Virus record (IMG/VR): IMGVR_UViG_3300021399_000101
Span: 1,630-65,629 of that record
Strand: one strand, 5' to 3'
Length of the DNA stretch: 64,000 nucleotides
Source of the DNA: a virus
Taxonomy: Duplodnaviria > Heunggongvirae > Uroviricota > Caudoviricetes
A program made the translations under genes and the position numbers. Each line of letters opens with the position of its first letter. The first letter of the stretch is position 1. Shown here piece after piece: positions 55,652 through 64,000 of the stretch. Under the pieces are notes generated by a model that worked only from the letters and a program-made list of their open reading frames with translations, made no database searches and was not told where the DNA came from.

Positions 55652-58600
55652 ATGGCAAATACAAAGACCTATTTTAACACTATAACCTCTGTTGACTCAG
55701 TAGACGATTCCAATATAATTGTTGTTCAAACTGCAGACAGCGCCAGTCTTGCGACCATGGCAAAAACAACCGTAGGAGCATTACGCGCTCCTTTAAAAGA
55801 AGCCGCTTCTTCTAACGCTTCTTTAGTGTCTTCTGAGGCCTCAAGAGCCGCATCTTCAGAAGCCTCCTTGGCTGAAGCAATTGCCTCTGAAGCTTCTCGT
55901 GCAAAAGCCAGCGAAGCTTCATTGAGTTCGTCAATTACTGCAGCTATTGATGCTCTTGATACAACAGGAACATATGGTGGAAACGGAAAATATATAAAGC
56001 AAATTTCAGAAGAGAATGGAATAATTGTTCCAGTAGAAGAGACTCTTGAAACAGACATAGAAAACAATTCAACCAAAGCGCCTACAACTTCTGCAATAAA
56101 GACTTTTGTAGAAAGTAAAATAAATGGCTTAGACTTAAATGAGGTTGGCGGAACAGGTCGTCTTGTACAATCAGTTTCACAGGCAAACGGAAAAATATCT
56201 GCTACAGCAATTGAATTAGACAGTAATTTATCGAGTTCGCCAAATAAAGTTCCAACTTCAGAAGCAATCTATAACGCAATAAACAGTTTGGATGGAGAAG
56301 TCGGTGGAACAACCAAACTTGTAAAAAAGGTTGAAGAGACTAATGGTAAAATCTCCGGAGAGACAATTGATTTAGTTGATACAGTTACAAACAATCCAAA
56401 TGCAGTTCCTACATCTTTGGCTGTTTATAACAAGCTTGGAGAGTTCGTTACAACAGCACTTGACGCTTTGGATTATAGCTCTGGAGCAGCTGGATATTAT
56501 TTTGATTCAATTACCCAGAACAACGGAAAAATTCTCACTACTTCCAAGAAATTTGATACATACAGCTATCAGGGCGGAACAGCAGCTGGCACCTGGTCTT
56601 CTGGCGCTCCTTCTGATTTAAACACACCAACTTCTCAAGCTGTTAAAAATTATACAGACTATAAAGCAGCTGTAATTGACAATAGGATTGATAATACAAA
56701 CTATAGTCATTCTCAAACACAAACTGGAGTCGCTGATGGAACATATTTGTTACAAGTAACACAATCTTCTGGAGCGATAAAAGCCAGCAAAGCTGCTTTT
56801 GAGAATGCAACTATCGCCAGTTATGTAAACTCAGTTTCAGCAAGCTCAGGCTCTTACGCCGGAAGAGTTGATACAGCCCCTACAGTTCGTGCCGTTACAG
56901 AACAGATTAAGAGACTTGATGGAAGAATTGATGAAGCAAACGCCGGGCTTACAGCATTAAGCACAGGCCCATTTGGCTCAACTGGAGCATATATTTCCAA
57001 AGTAGAACAAAGGCAGGGATATATTTCAGCTTCAACTACAAACTTTGCAACATCAATTAAGGCAAGCACTACAGAGGCAGATAACGTTCCTCCAACCGAA
57101 CATGCAGTAAGGTCTGCAATCAATGCGCTTGATGTTGCCCAAATCGGCGCAAATGGAAGCTACATCAGATTTGTTGTCGAGACAGATGGTAAAATCAGCG
57201 CTACTCCTGTAGGCTTCGACCATTTTGATGCTGCGTGCTCTGCTTCTGCTTGGGATAGCGTGACAAATAATAATTCACCTTCTACATTAGCTGTTAAAAA
57301 CTTTGTTCTTAGAGTAAAGAGCGATATTCTTGAAGACACTAAGGCAATGACTTATGAAGGAACAGTTGGTAGCTTAAATGCTTTAAAAAATAAGAAGCCT
57401 TTCAATCAGGGTGATACTTATATAGCAACTGCAAAATTCAATCTTGAAAGCGACTCTGGTGTACAAGTAAAATATAACGTAAACAAGGGCGACATGCTTA
57501 TATGTAAGAACACCCCATCGCCTGACCCAAATGCATATGACAAAGACAATTTCGATATTATTGGCGGAAGCGAATATCAGATAGTATTTAATGGTACAAC
57601 TTCTGTAGTGAATAATATCCCTGTATTTGATAGTACAAATGGAACAGTTCTTAAGGATTCTGGCGAAAGCATTGATACCGTAATACAGAAATCTGCCAGC
57701 GCTGCTAGTGCAGCCGCTTGTTCTGCTAGTGCCGCTGCTTGTGCAGCAAGCTCTGCCATATTTGCTGACCTTGGCGTAGAGCCATATATTAATAGTGCTG
57801 CCAGCGCTGCTAGCGCAGCAGATGCTGCTAGGTCTTGTTCTGCTAGTGCTGCCACAGCAGCAGATGGAAAGAGGTCTTGTTCTGCCTCAGCAGCTACAGC
57901 TGCTAATACCGCTAGAGCTAGTGCTGTCTCAGCCGCTACAGCCGCTGATACTGCTAGGTCTTGTTCTGCTAGTGCTGCTACAGCTGCTAACACCGCTAGA
58001 GCTTGTTCCGCCTCAGCAGCTACAGCTGCTTCTAACTCAGCAACAGCCGCTGATACCGCTAGAGCTTGTTCTGCTTCATCTGCCACAGCAGCAGAAACTG
58101 CCAGGTCTTGCTCTGCTAGTGCTGCTGCAGCAGCAGATTTGCAAAGAGGAATAGCAAAAAGCAACGCTGATGCAGCTATTGTGTCAGCAAATACTGCTGA
58201 TACCGCCAGAGCTTGTGCTGCTAGTGCAGCAACAACCGCTGATGGAAAGAGGTCTTGTTCTGCTTCAGCAGCTACAGCAGCAGATACCGCTAGGGCTTGC
58301 GCTGCATCATCCGCTACAGCTGCTTCAGGGTCAGCAAATACCGCTGATACCTCTAGAGCTTGTTCTGCCTCAGCAGCTACAGCTGCTAATACCGCTAGAG
58401 CTAATGCTGCCACATCCGCAGGAGCTGCTGATACCGCCAGGGCTTGTGCTGCTAGCGCTGCTACGGCTGCCGATGCACAAAGGGGTAATGCTGCCACATC
58501 CGCAGGAGCTGCTGCAAACTCAGCAACAGCCGCTGCCACATCCGCAGGAGCTGCTGCAGACTCAGCAACAGCAGCAGAAACTGCCAGGTCTTGCTCTGCT

Positions 58601-59731
58601 AGTGCTGCTACAGCAGCAGATGGAAAGAGGTCTTGTTCTGCTAGTGCTGCTACAGCAGCAGATGGAAAGAGGTCTTGTTCTGCTTCAGCTGCTACAGCAG
58701 CAGAAACTGCCAGGTCTTGTGCTGCCTCAGCTGCTACAGCCGCTGATACTTCTAGGTCTTGTTCTGCTAGTGCTGCCACAGCAGCAGATGGAGAGAGATC
58801 TTGTTCTGCCTCAGCCGCTACAGTAGCAGAAACTGCCAGGTCTTGCTCCGCTTCAGCCGCTACAGCTGCTGATACCGCTAGAGCCAGTGCTGCTAGTGCT
58901 GCTACAGCTGCTGATACCGCTAGGGCCAGTGCTGCTAGTGCTGCTACAGCTGCTGATACCGCTAGGGCTAGCGCTGCATCATCCGCTACAGCTGCTTCAG
59001 GGTCGGCTACAACTGCTGATACCGCTAGGGCCAGTGCTGCTAGTGCCGCTACAGCTGCTGATACCGCTAGAGCCAGTGCTGCTAGTGCTGCTACAGCTGC
59101 TGATACCGCCAGGGCTAGCGCTGCATCATCCGCTACAGCTGCTGACACATCTGCCGCATGTGCTGCCTCGTTTGCTGCTGCTGCAAATCTTAATGGAATA
59201 AAAGACGCAGCAAGTCTGTCAGCAAGCAGAGCAGCATCTTCTGCCTCTTGTTCATCAAGTTCTGCACAAGTTTCTGCATGTGCCGCAAGTAAAGCTTACT
59301 CCTGTGCGGCATCCTATGCTGACACGAAATATACAGCCGCTGCCTCTTATGCAAATACTAAAGTAAGTAAATCGGGCGATACAATGAGCGGAGGTCTTTA
59401 TCTTCCAAGCCTCACAGCCTCTGGAAACATAATAGCAAGTTCATTTGAAGCTAACTCATCAAGAAAGCTTAAAGAGAACATAAACCCCGTAATAATTTCA
59501 GCACTTGATATTATAAAGGATGTAAACGTCGTCAATTTCAACTATATCAATGATGAGGAAAAGACACCACACATCGGATTTATTGCAGAAGATACTGATA
59601 AGATTTTGAGTACACCGCATATGAATAAAATGGATTATACAAACTGTATCGGAGTCCTTTTGAAAGCGGTTCAAGAAATCACAAAGGGAATTGACAAGCT
59701 CGAAAAGCGTATTGATAAAATAGAGAAATAA
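55652..59731 (+). CDS. Tail fibre (1359 aa): beta-hairpin repeats, Ala/Ser/Cys coiled coil, C-terminal S74 chaperone
   Basis: Repeated ..V.Q.NGKIS.. hairpins; TARSCSASAATAAD repeats; SSRKLKENI...IGFIAED...CIGVLLKAVQEI. Confidence 0.85.
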   Translation: MANTKTYFNTITSVDSVDDSNIIVVQTADSASLATMAKTTVGALRAPLKEAASSNASLVSSEASRAASSEASLAEAIASEASRAKASEASLSSSITAAIDALDTTGTYGGNGKYIKQISEENGIIVPVEETLETDIENNSTKAPTTSAIKTFVESKINGLDLNEVGGTGRLVQSVSQANGKISATAIELDSNLSSSPNKVPTSEAIYNAINSLDGEVGGTTKLVKKVEETNGKISGETIDLVDTVTNNPNAVPTSLAVYNKLGEFVTTALDALDYSSGAAGYYFDSITQNNGKILTTSKKFDTYSYQGGTAAGTWSSGAPSDLNTPTSQAVKNYTDYKAAVIDNRIDNTNYSHSQTQTGVADGTYLLQVTQSSGAIKASKAAFENATIASYVNSVSASSGSYAGRVDTAPTVRAVTEQIKRLDGRIDEANAGLTALSTGPFGSTGAYISKVEQRQGYISASTTNFATSIKASTTEADNVPPTEHAVRSAINALDVAQIGANGSYIRFVVETDGKISATPVGFDHFDAACSASAWDSVTNNNSPSTLAVKNFVLRVKSDILEDTKAMTYEGTVGSLNALKNKKPFNQGDTYIATAKFNLESDSGVQVKYNVNKGDMLICKNTPSPDPNAYDKDNFDIIGGSEYQIVFNGTTSVVNNIPVFDSTNGTVLKDSGESIDTVIQKSASAASAAACSASAAACAASSAIFADLGVEPYINSAASAASAADAARSCSASAATAADGKRSCSASAATAANTARASAVSAATAADTARSCSASAATAANTARACSASAATAASNSATAADTARACSASSATAAETARSCSASAAAAADLQRGIAKSNADAAIVSANTADTARACAASAATTADGKRSCSASAATAADTARACAASSATAASGSANTADTSRACSASAATAANTARANAATSAGAADTARACAASAATAADAQRGNAATSAGAAANSATAAATSAGAAADSATAAETARSCSASAATAADGKRSCSASAATAADGKRSCSASAATAAETARSCAASAATAADTSRSCSASAATAADGERSCSASAATVAETARSCSASAATAADTARASAASAATAADTARASAASAATAADTARASAASSATAASGSATTADTARASAASAATAADTARASAASAATAADTARASAASSATAADTSAACAASFAAAANLNGIKDAASLSASRAASSASCSSSSAQVSACAASKAYSCAASYADTKYTAAASYANTKVSKSGDTMSGGLYLPSLTASGNIIASSFEANSSRKLKENINPVIISALDIIKDVNVVNFNYINDEEKTPHIGFIAEDTDKILSTPHMNKMDYTNCIGVLLKAVQEITKGIDKLEKRIDKIEK
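57700..59200 (+). repeat. 14-residue-period (7+7) coding repeat array
   Basis: (D/E/N)(TA/GK)R(S/A)(C/S)(S/A)ASAATAA units. Confidence 0.9.
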
Positions 59732-59748
59732 AAAACAAAGATGTTTTA

Positions 59749-59779
59749 AAGAGAGCAGAAATTTCTGCTCTCTTTTTTT
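59749..59779 (+). terminator. Rho-independent terminator
   Basis: AAGAGAGCAGAA-A-TTTCTGCTCTCTT followed by a T-run. Confidence 0.8.
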
Positions 59780-59796
59780 ACCTCTTATATAATATT

Positions 59797-60606
59797 ATGA
59801 TTAAAATTTTGCATTATATAAAAGAAGACTATTCAGGCAGCGCCGAAAGATTTTGCGTAAGCACATACAAAGAACAGTATCCTGACTTTGAGTTCATGGC
59901 ATGGAAGCCGGGCTCATCCCCTCTCAGGATTCTTTATGATAATGGGGGGATTTTCATAGGTCCTCATATTTATTCAAAGAAGAGATTGCCAGATTCTTTT
60001 TTTGAAAAGTCGTTTCTCATTTTCGACAATGCATTTGAAACTGATACGGTTAATATAGATTTATGTTGCTACTCAGATTCAAAAGAGAACCCGTTGTTTC
60101 TTGAGTTCATGCAAAACGGAATCATGCCGACTTTAAGGAAAAAAGGCTTCGAGAACGATTTTAAAGTCGGATTAAATAAAAGGAAACAAAGCCTTGATGA
60201 TATTGACATTTTAAATAGTGATATTATTGGGTTTGAAAAGAAGTCTTACGAAATCTATCAGGATGCATATCTTATGGATATGAATTTTGATTTGAGCAAA
60301 ATATCAGATGCCAATTTACATTATTTGATAATAAATGAAAGCAGCGACCCAAACAAAATATTTTCAGTTGTTGAAAGTTACGGCAAAATAGACTACAAAG
60401 ATGAAAGCAAACATTTCATGATTATTGTATCTACCGGCAATCTTGATTTGACAGAGAGAATGTGTACTTTGCTTCAATATCATTGCGCTTATGAGGATAA
60501 GAGATGGGATGTGATATTTGGAGAAAAGAAAAAAATAAATGAGATAATCACTGAATATATAGGCAGAAAATTCAACGATGTTGTAAGCTGTGAGAAGCTT
60601 TTATAA
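59797..60606 (+). CDS. Degenerate GT32/OCH1-like (capsular-polysaccharide-synthesis-like) protein
   Basis: YKEQYPDFEFMAW...RILYDNGGIFI matches the GT32 N-terminal pattern, but GPH replaces DxD. Confidence 0.5.
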   Translation: MIKILHYIKEDYSGSAERFCVSTYKEQYPDFEFMAWKPGSSPLRILYDNGGIFIGPHIYSKKRLPDSFFEKSFLIFDNAFETDTVNIDLCCYSDSKENPLFLEFMQNGIMPTLRKKGFENDFKVGLNKRKQSLDDIDILNSDIIGFEKKSYEIYQDAYLMDMNFDLSKISDANLHYLIINESSDPNKIFSVVESYGKIDYKDESKHFMIIVSTGNLDLTERMCTLLQYHCAYEDKRWDVIFGEKKKINEIITEYIGRKFNDVVSCEKLL

Positions 60607-60625
60607 GCAATCATTTGCTTTTTTT
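60605..60625 (+). terminator. Short Rho-independent terminator
   Basis: AAGCAA-TCAT-TTGCTT-TTTTT. Confidence 0.55.
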
Positions 60626-60677
60626 GGTCAAGATAAAATAGAGCACTACTGCGTAAAAATATAACAGGAAGAACAAT

Positions 60678-61238
60678 ATGGCTGAAATAGTTAAACTTAC
60701 CGTTGCCGGTACAACTTACGATTTATGTGAAAATGCAACAGCCTCTGTCAGAGGACTTGTATCCACAACAACACAAACTTTTGCCGGAGTCAAAACATTC
60801 CAAGATGGATGCTATGGAGCGCTTTGGAACGACCTTGCGGATTGCATTCCTATTCAAGACGGTTTAAAACCGGAACCTGGCTATTGCTATAGTTTCAATG
60901 GGAAAGTCTATAAGAAAACAACCAAATATCTTGATAAGCAATATATAGGAATCCACTCTGATACCTATGGTTTTGCCATGGGGAAGGAAGAGGATAAGAC
61001 GAAGCTTGATATTGCAGTCACTGGATTTGTTCTTGCCTATACCGATAAAAAGTATAAACCTGGCACTCCTCTCACATGTAGCAGAAATGGCTATCTTACA
61101 AAGATAAGGCTTCTCGACAGGATATTCCACCCACATATGATTATCGCAACATACTGGAAAGACGAGCCAAACGAAACTTTCGGAAGCAAATATAAGACAG
61201 TAACAGTCAACAACAGAAACTGGGTTAAGATTCAGTAA
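60678..61238 (+). CDS. Mini-fibre protein with a peptidase-G2-like autocleavage chaperone domain
   Basis: ATASVRGLVSTTTQTFAGVKTF fibre motif, then GALWNDLAD...PG..Y...IGIHSDTYGF..G...IAVTGFV. Confidence 0.6.
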   Translation: MAEIVKLTVAGTTYDLCENATASVRGLVSTTTQTFAGVKTFQDGCYGALWNDLADCIPIQDGLKPEPGYCYSFNGKVYKKTTKYLDKQYIGIHSDTYGFAMGKEEDKTKLDIAVTGFVLAYTDKKYKPGTPLTCSRNGYLTKIRLLDRIFHPHMIIATYWKDEPNETFGSKYKTVTVNNRNWVKIQ

Positions 61239-61273
61239 ACGCAGTATATAATTATAAAGGAAGAAAAAATATT

Positions 61274-61849
61274 ATGACAATTGAACATTTTACTATTGAT
61301 GATTTTAAAGAAGGAACTGAGTTTTACACCGCAGTAATGAACAACGAGATTATCAACGCAAAGAGTCTGCCAGCAGAGGAGAAGATTGAATTGATTAAAC
61401 AGTGCTTGGTGCACGAGGAGATAACCAACCCGAGCTTGATAACAAATATCGTTCTGCTCTCATTAGGCGGTTCCCTTGATGACGACGTGTTTGAAAATGA
61501 AATCTGTCTGTTCAACTCATTGATTGAATTCATTGACATCAAGCAGGAAATAAGAAGTGAAATAACCAAGTTCAATACTCAGCTTTGCAAATATTTTATC
61601 GGAGTATTAAAGGGATATAGTCTGAAGCTTAATGAGCTTAAGATTGATATGACGAATCTTTATTGGGCCGTAATTCATTCGGTTACTTTTAATAACATAA
61701 GCAGCTTATTGAACAAAACCGATTTCAACATCTCTGAAGTCCCTGCAGTAAGAAACTCAGAGGAAATAATAGATGCGCTATGTGTGAAGAACAGCATGTC
61801 AAAAAAGCTTTTAAGCATGTTCCTTGGTAGTGAATTAATGGAGGAATAA
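61274..61849 (+). CDS. Hypothetical helical protein
   Basis: ORF with SD AAGGAAG. Confidence 0.65.
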   Translation: MTIEHFTIDDFKEGTEFYTAVMNNEIINAKSLPAEEKIELIKQCLVHEEITNPSLITNIVLLSLGGSLDDDVFENEICLFNSLIEFIDIKQEIRSEITKFNTQLCKYFIGVLKGYSLKLNELKIDMTNLYWAVIHSVTFNNISSLLNKTDFNISEVPAVRNSEEIIDALCVKNSMSKKLLSMFLGSELMEE

Positions 61850-63771
61850 TGGCTACCCCTTATGTAAAAATAGAATACATAGATAATCACCAAAGCAAAC
61901 CTGGAGACTCAGGACTAGTTCTTCAAATTAAACCAAGTACGTTATGGAAAAGCAACTCAGACGATGTTTGCCAATACTCTTATGCAGGCTTTTCAGGCTG
62001 GAAAACATATACTCCCGGAGAGTCTATAAGTTTTGGATATCCCGGCTCTAATGTAGACGGAGAAAGTGAAAGCCGGCATGGACGCATCTATTTTAGAGGA
62101 AAGCTTTCCTCTGCACATGCTATAAGCAGCAGTGAAAATCCTTGGCTGTTTAATTATACAGGTACCGATTTTGCTAGAGATGGAGTTAGATTCAGCATTT
62201 CAGGTTCAATAAGTGCTTTGTTTGATTATGAAAACCCAGACGTATCGGTTGCAAGTTCGGCTTGCGCTGGTATGTTTAAACATGACGGAGACTATAATAG
62301 TTGGATAGTATCAGCTTCAGAGCTAGAACTTGATGTAATGTCAGATCATTGCTATTCGAACATGTTTTATGATAATAATAGTTTGATTTTTCCTCCGAAA
62401 CTTCCAAGAACAACATTAAGTGAAAGTTGTTATTCACAAATGTTTGCTAACTGCGAAGGTTTGAATACTCCACCATCTCTTCCAGCAACAACGCTTGCAT
62501 CTCATTGCTATGAACGTATGTTTGCTAACTGCCTTGAATTAATAGCCGCTCCGGCTCTCCCCGCAACAACGCTTGAAGAGTTTTGTTATTATTATATGTT
62601 CAGCGGGTGTTCCGCATTGATAATACCGCCAGCATTACCTGCATTAAATGTACCATCTTATGCTTATTTCGGTATGTTTTATGCTTGCCAATCATTAGTA
62701 ATTGCCCCAAAAATTTCAGCTACATCTTTTTCAGATCATGCATGTGGAACTATGTTTACCAGTTGCACAGATTTAGTTATTCCTCCGAAAATAAACACCA
62801 CAGATGCTTCTGCTGACGAGGTGTTTCAGCAAATGTTTTTTGGCTGTAGCTCGTTGTCTGTATCAACATCCGGAACAAAGCCGCCTATATTGTTTTATAC
62901 AAATTATTCAGCCAACTCGGTTAAATCTATGTTTAGTGGTACAGCTGGTCCATATACATCTGACCCTGAACCTAATGTTAAGTATTATTCAGATCCTGGT
63001 GAAACAGTAAATGCTAAAGTGTATGACGCTCTTATAACCGCAGTATCTAAAGCAATGGAGCATTGCATAACTAGCGGAGGCACTGGCAGAAGCTCAAGAC
63101 TCTATAGAGGTCATTCAACAACTACAGCTCAACCTGGAGGTGGTGGTAGCTTTACAACAAGATTTATGGTCTATTTATTTAGTTTAAACACGACTGCTCC
63201 AAGCGGATATGTAACCAGTATTTCAGAAGACACAATAAAAAGCGACCTTGATGCATATTTAAACAGTTTAGGAATAGGTTCTACGACAGCGTTCAAGCAG
63301 GGGGCAAAGGCAGAAGCTAGGCACTATATATATTTGACACAAGCCATAGCTGAATTTATTACGGGCAAAACCATACACGTACTTAAATCGTCAGCTGGAT
63401 ATAGCCATGGTACAAACATTACCGGTAATAATATTGGTGATGCTATTATTATTAGTAATCAAAGAACAACACTTGCAGGCCCCATGGCTTATAAAACAGG
63501 CGCTGCAACATATAATAACCCAGCCCATATAAACAAAACAGAAGCCAACATAACAGAATCAGATATAAATACCATTATGACCTATTTAATTGATAGCGCG
63601 CTTAACAATAATGCTTTTATAACAACCGAAGCAAGCGGTACTCTTAAAAGTAGTTCAAGCTCTTGCAGTTCATCATGCAGCTCATCATCTAGCTCATCTT
63701 GCAGTTCATCTTGCAGTTCATCAAACAGCTGTTCAAGTTCAAGCATATTTATTGCTTACTTTAATATATAA
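61849..63771 (+). CDS. BspA/DUF285-like LRR protein fused to a domain ending in a Ser/Cys-rich tail
   Basis: P.LPATTL...CY..MF..C..L repeats; C-terminus SSSSSCSSSCSSSSSSSCSSSCSSSNSCSSSSIFIAYFNI. Confidence 0.75.
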   Translation: MATPYVKIEYIDNHQSKPGDSGLVLQIKPSTLWKSNSDDVCQYSYAGFSGWKTYTPGESISFGYPGSNVDGESESRHGRIYFRGKLSSAHAISSSENPWLFNYTGTDFARDGVRFSISGSISALFDYENPDVSVASSACAGMFKHDGDYNSWIVSASELELDVMSDHCYSNMFYDNNSLIFPPKLPRTTLSESCYSQMFANCEGLNTPPSLPATTLASHCYERMFANCLELIAAPALPATTLEEFCYYYMFSGCSALIIPPALPALNVPSYAYFGMFYACQSLVIAPKISATSFSDHACGTMFTSCTDLVIPPKINTTDASADEVFQQMFFGCSSLSVSTSGTKPPILFYTNYSANSVKSMFSGTAGPYTSDPEPNVKYYSDPGETVNAKVYDALITAVSKAMEHCITSGGTGRSSRLYRGHSTTTAQPGGGGSFTTRFMVYLFSLNTTAPSGYVTSISEDTIKSDLDAYLNSLGIGSTTAFKQGAKAEARHYIYLTQAIAEFITGKTIHVLKSSAGYSHGTNITGNNIGDAIIISNQRTTLAGPMAYKTGAATYNNPAHINKTEANITESDINTIMTYLIDSALNNNAFITTEASGTLKSSSSSCSSSCSSSSSSSCSSSCSSSNSCSSSSIFIAYFNI

Positions 63772-63783
63772 AGGAAGTTTCAA

Positions 63784-64000
63784 ATGGCAATAACTTATAA
63801 AGATTTAACTGACACTTTTGTATCGCTTATAAAAAGCCACTGTTTAAACATAGATAGTTATGATGATAGTTTATATATAGATGGTGACTCAAGCAGTGGG
63901 TTTATAACAAAAGATTATTCTGTGTCTGGGGCTACCGCTGAAGGTGCGGTAGTTCAAGTAAAATTCCTCACTGGCCAAGGGCATCCACCAATAATAACCA
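63784..64000 (+). CDS. Partial ORF, possibly paralogous to the C-terminal domain of the preceding gene
   Basis: Own translation MAITYKDLTDTFVSLIKSHCLNIDSY...; weakly resembles VYDALITAVSKAMEHC upstream; SD AAGGAAG. Confidence 0.7.
   Translation, partial: MAITYKDLTDTFVSLIKSHCLNIDSYDDSLYIDGDSSSGFITKDYSVSGATAEGAVVQVKFLTGQGHPPIIT

Noticed and set aside
57577-59148. 523-aa minus-strand ORF and Leu/Gln-rich alternative-frame ORFs (57795, 58170, 58887)
   Set aside because: Shadows of the GCT/GCA/AGC-rich repeat in the fibre gene; no SD and no independent motifs.
1-64000. Stop-codon reassignment, as seen in some gut jumbo phages
   Set aside because: Long genes are intact in code 11, and TAA, TGA and TAG (31521) all end genes at sensible positions.
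38958-64000. Diversity-generating retroelement or invertase shufflon acting on the fibres
   Set aside because: No reverse transcriptase or recombinase in the window, no TR/VR pair with A-specific mismatches, and no inverted fibre cassettes.

Overview
AT-rich segment of a large contractile-tailed (myo-type, probably jumbo) bacteriophage with T4-like core genes, read in the standard genetic code. All functional calls come from motifs recognised by eye; no database search was run. Bases 1-6570 (minus strand) carry a gp26/gp51-like hub or tail chaperone pair, gp32 SSB, UvsX, UvsW and a twice-frameshifted DUF723/PD-(D/E)xK homing endonuclease. A ~490 bp non-coding strand switch (6570-7056) holds tandem-GA/GNA-loop ssDNA hairpins, a candidate origin. 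The plus strand then encodes a DHH phosphoesterase and other putative capsid-packaged proteins, a gp2-like protein, the baseplate/tail core (gp27-like hub, tape measure, tube initiator, gp53, gp5 spike, gp25), neck proteins gp13/gp14, and at least eight tail-fibre or receptor-binding genes. Enzyme islands are interleaved with the fibre genes: a TPR-methyltransferase, a TPR-GT2, a HAD phosphatase / SIS isomerase / Rpe epimerase / nucleotidyltransferase-kinase operon, and a degenerate GT32. Highlights: (1) a mirror-symmetric His-ladder hairpin fibre; (2) a candidate virion-glycosylation system with its own NDP-sugar pathway and Ser/Cys-rich substrates; (3) a putative new spanin architecture; (4) a recurrent phage promoter motif HAAGWTAAWT; (5) a UUU_CGU +1 frameshift candidate in the tail chaperone.
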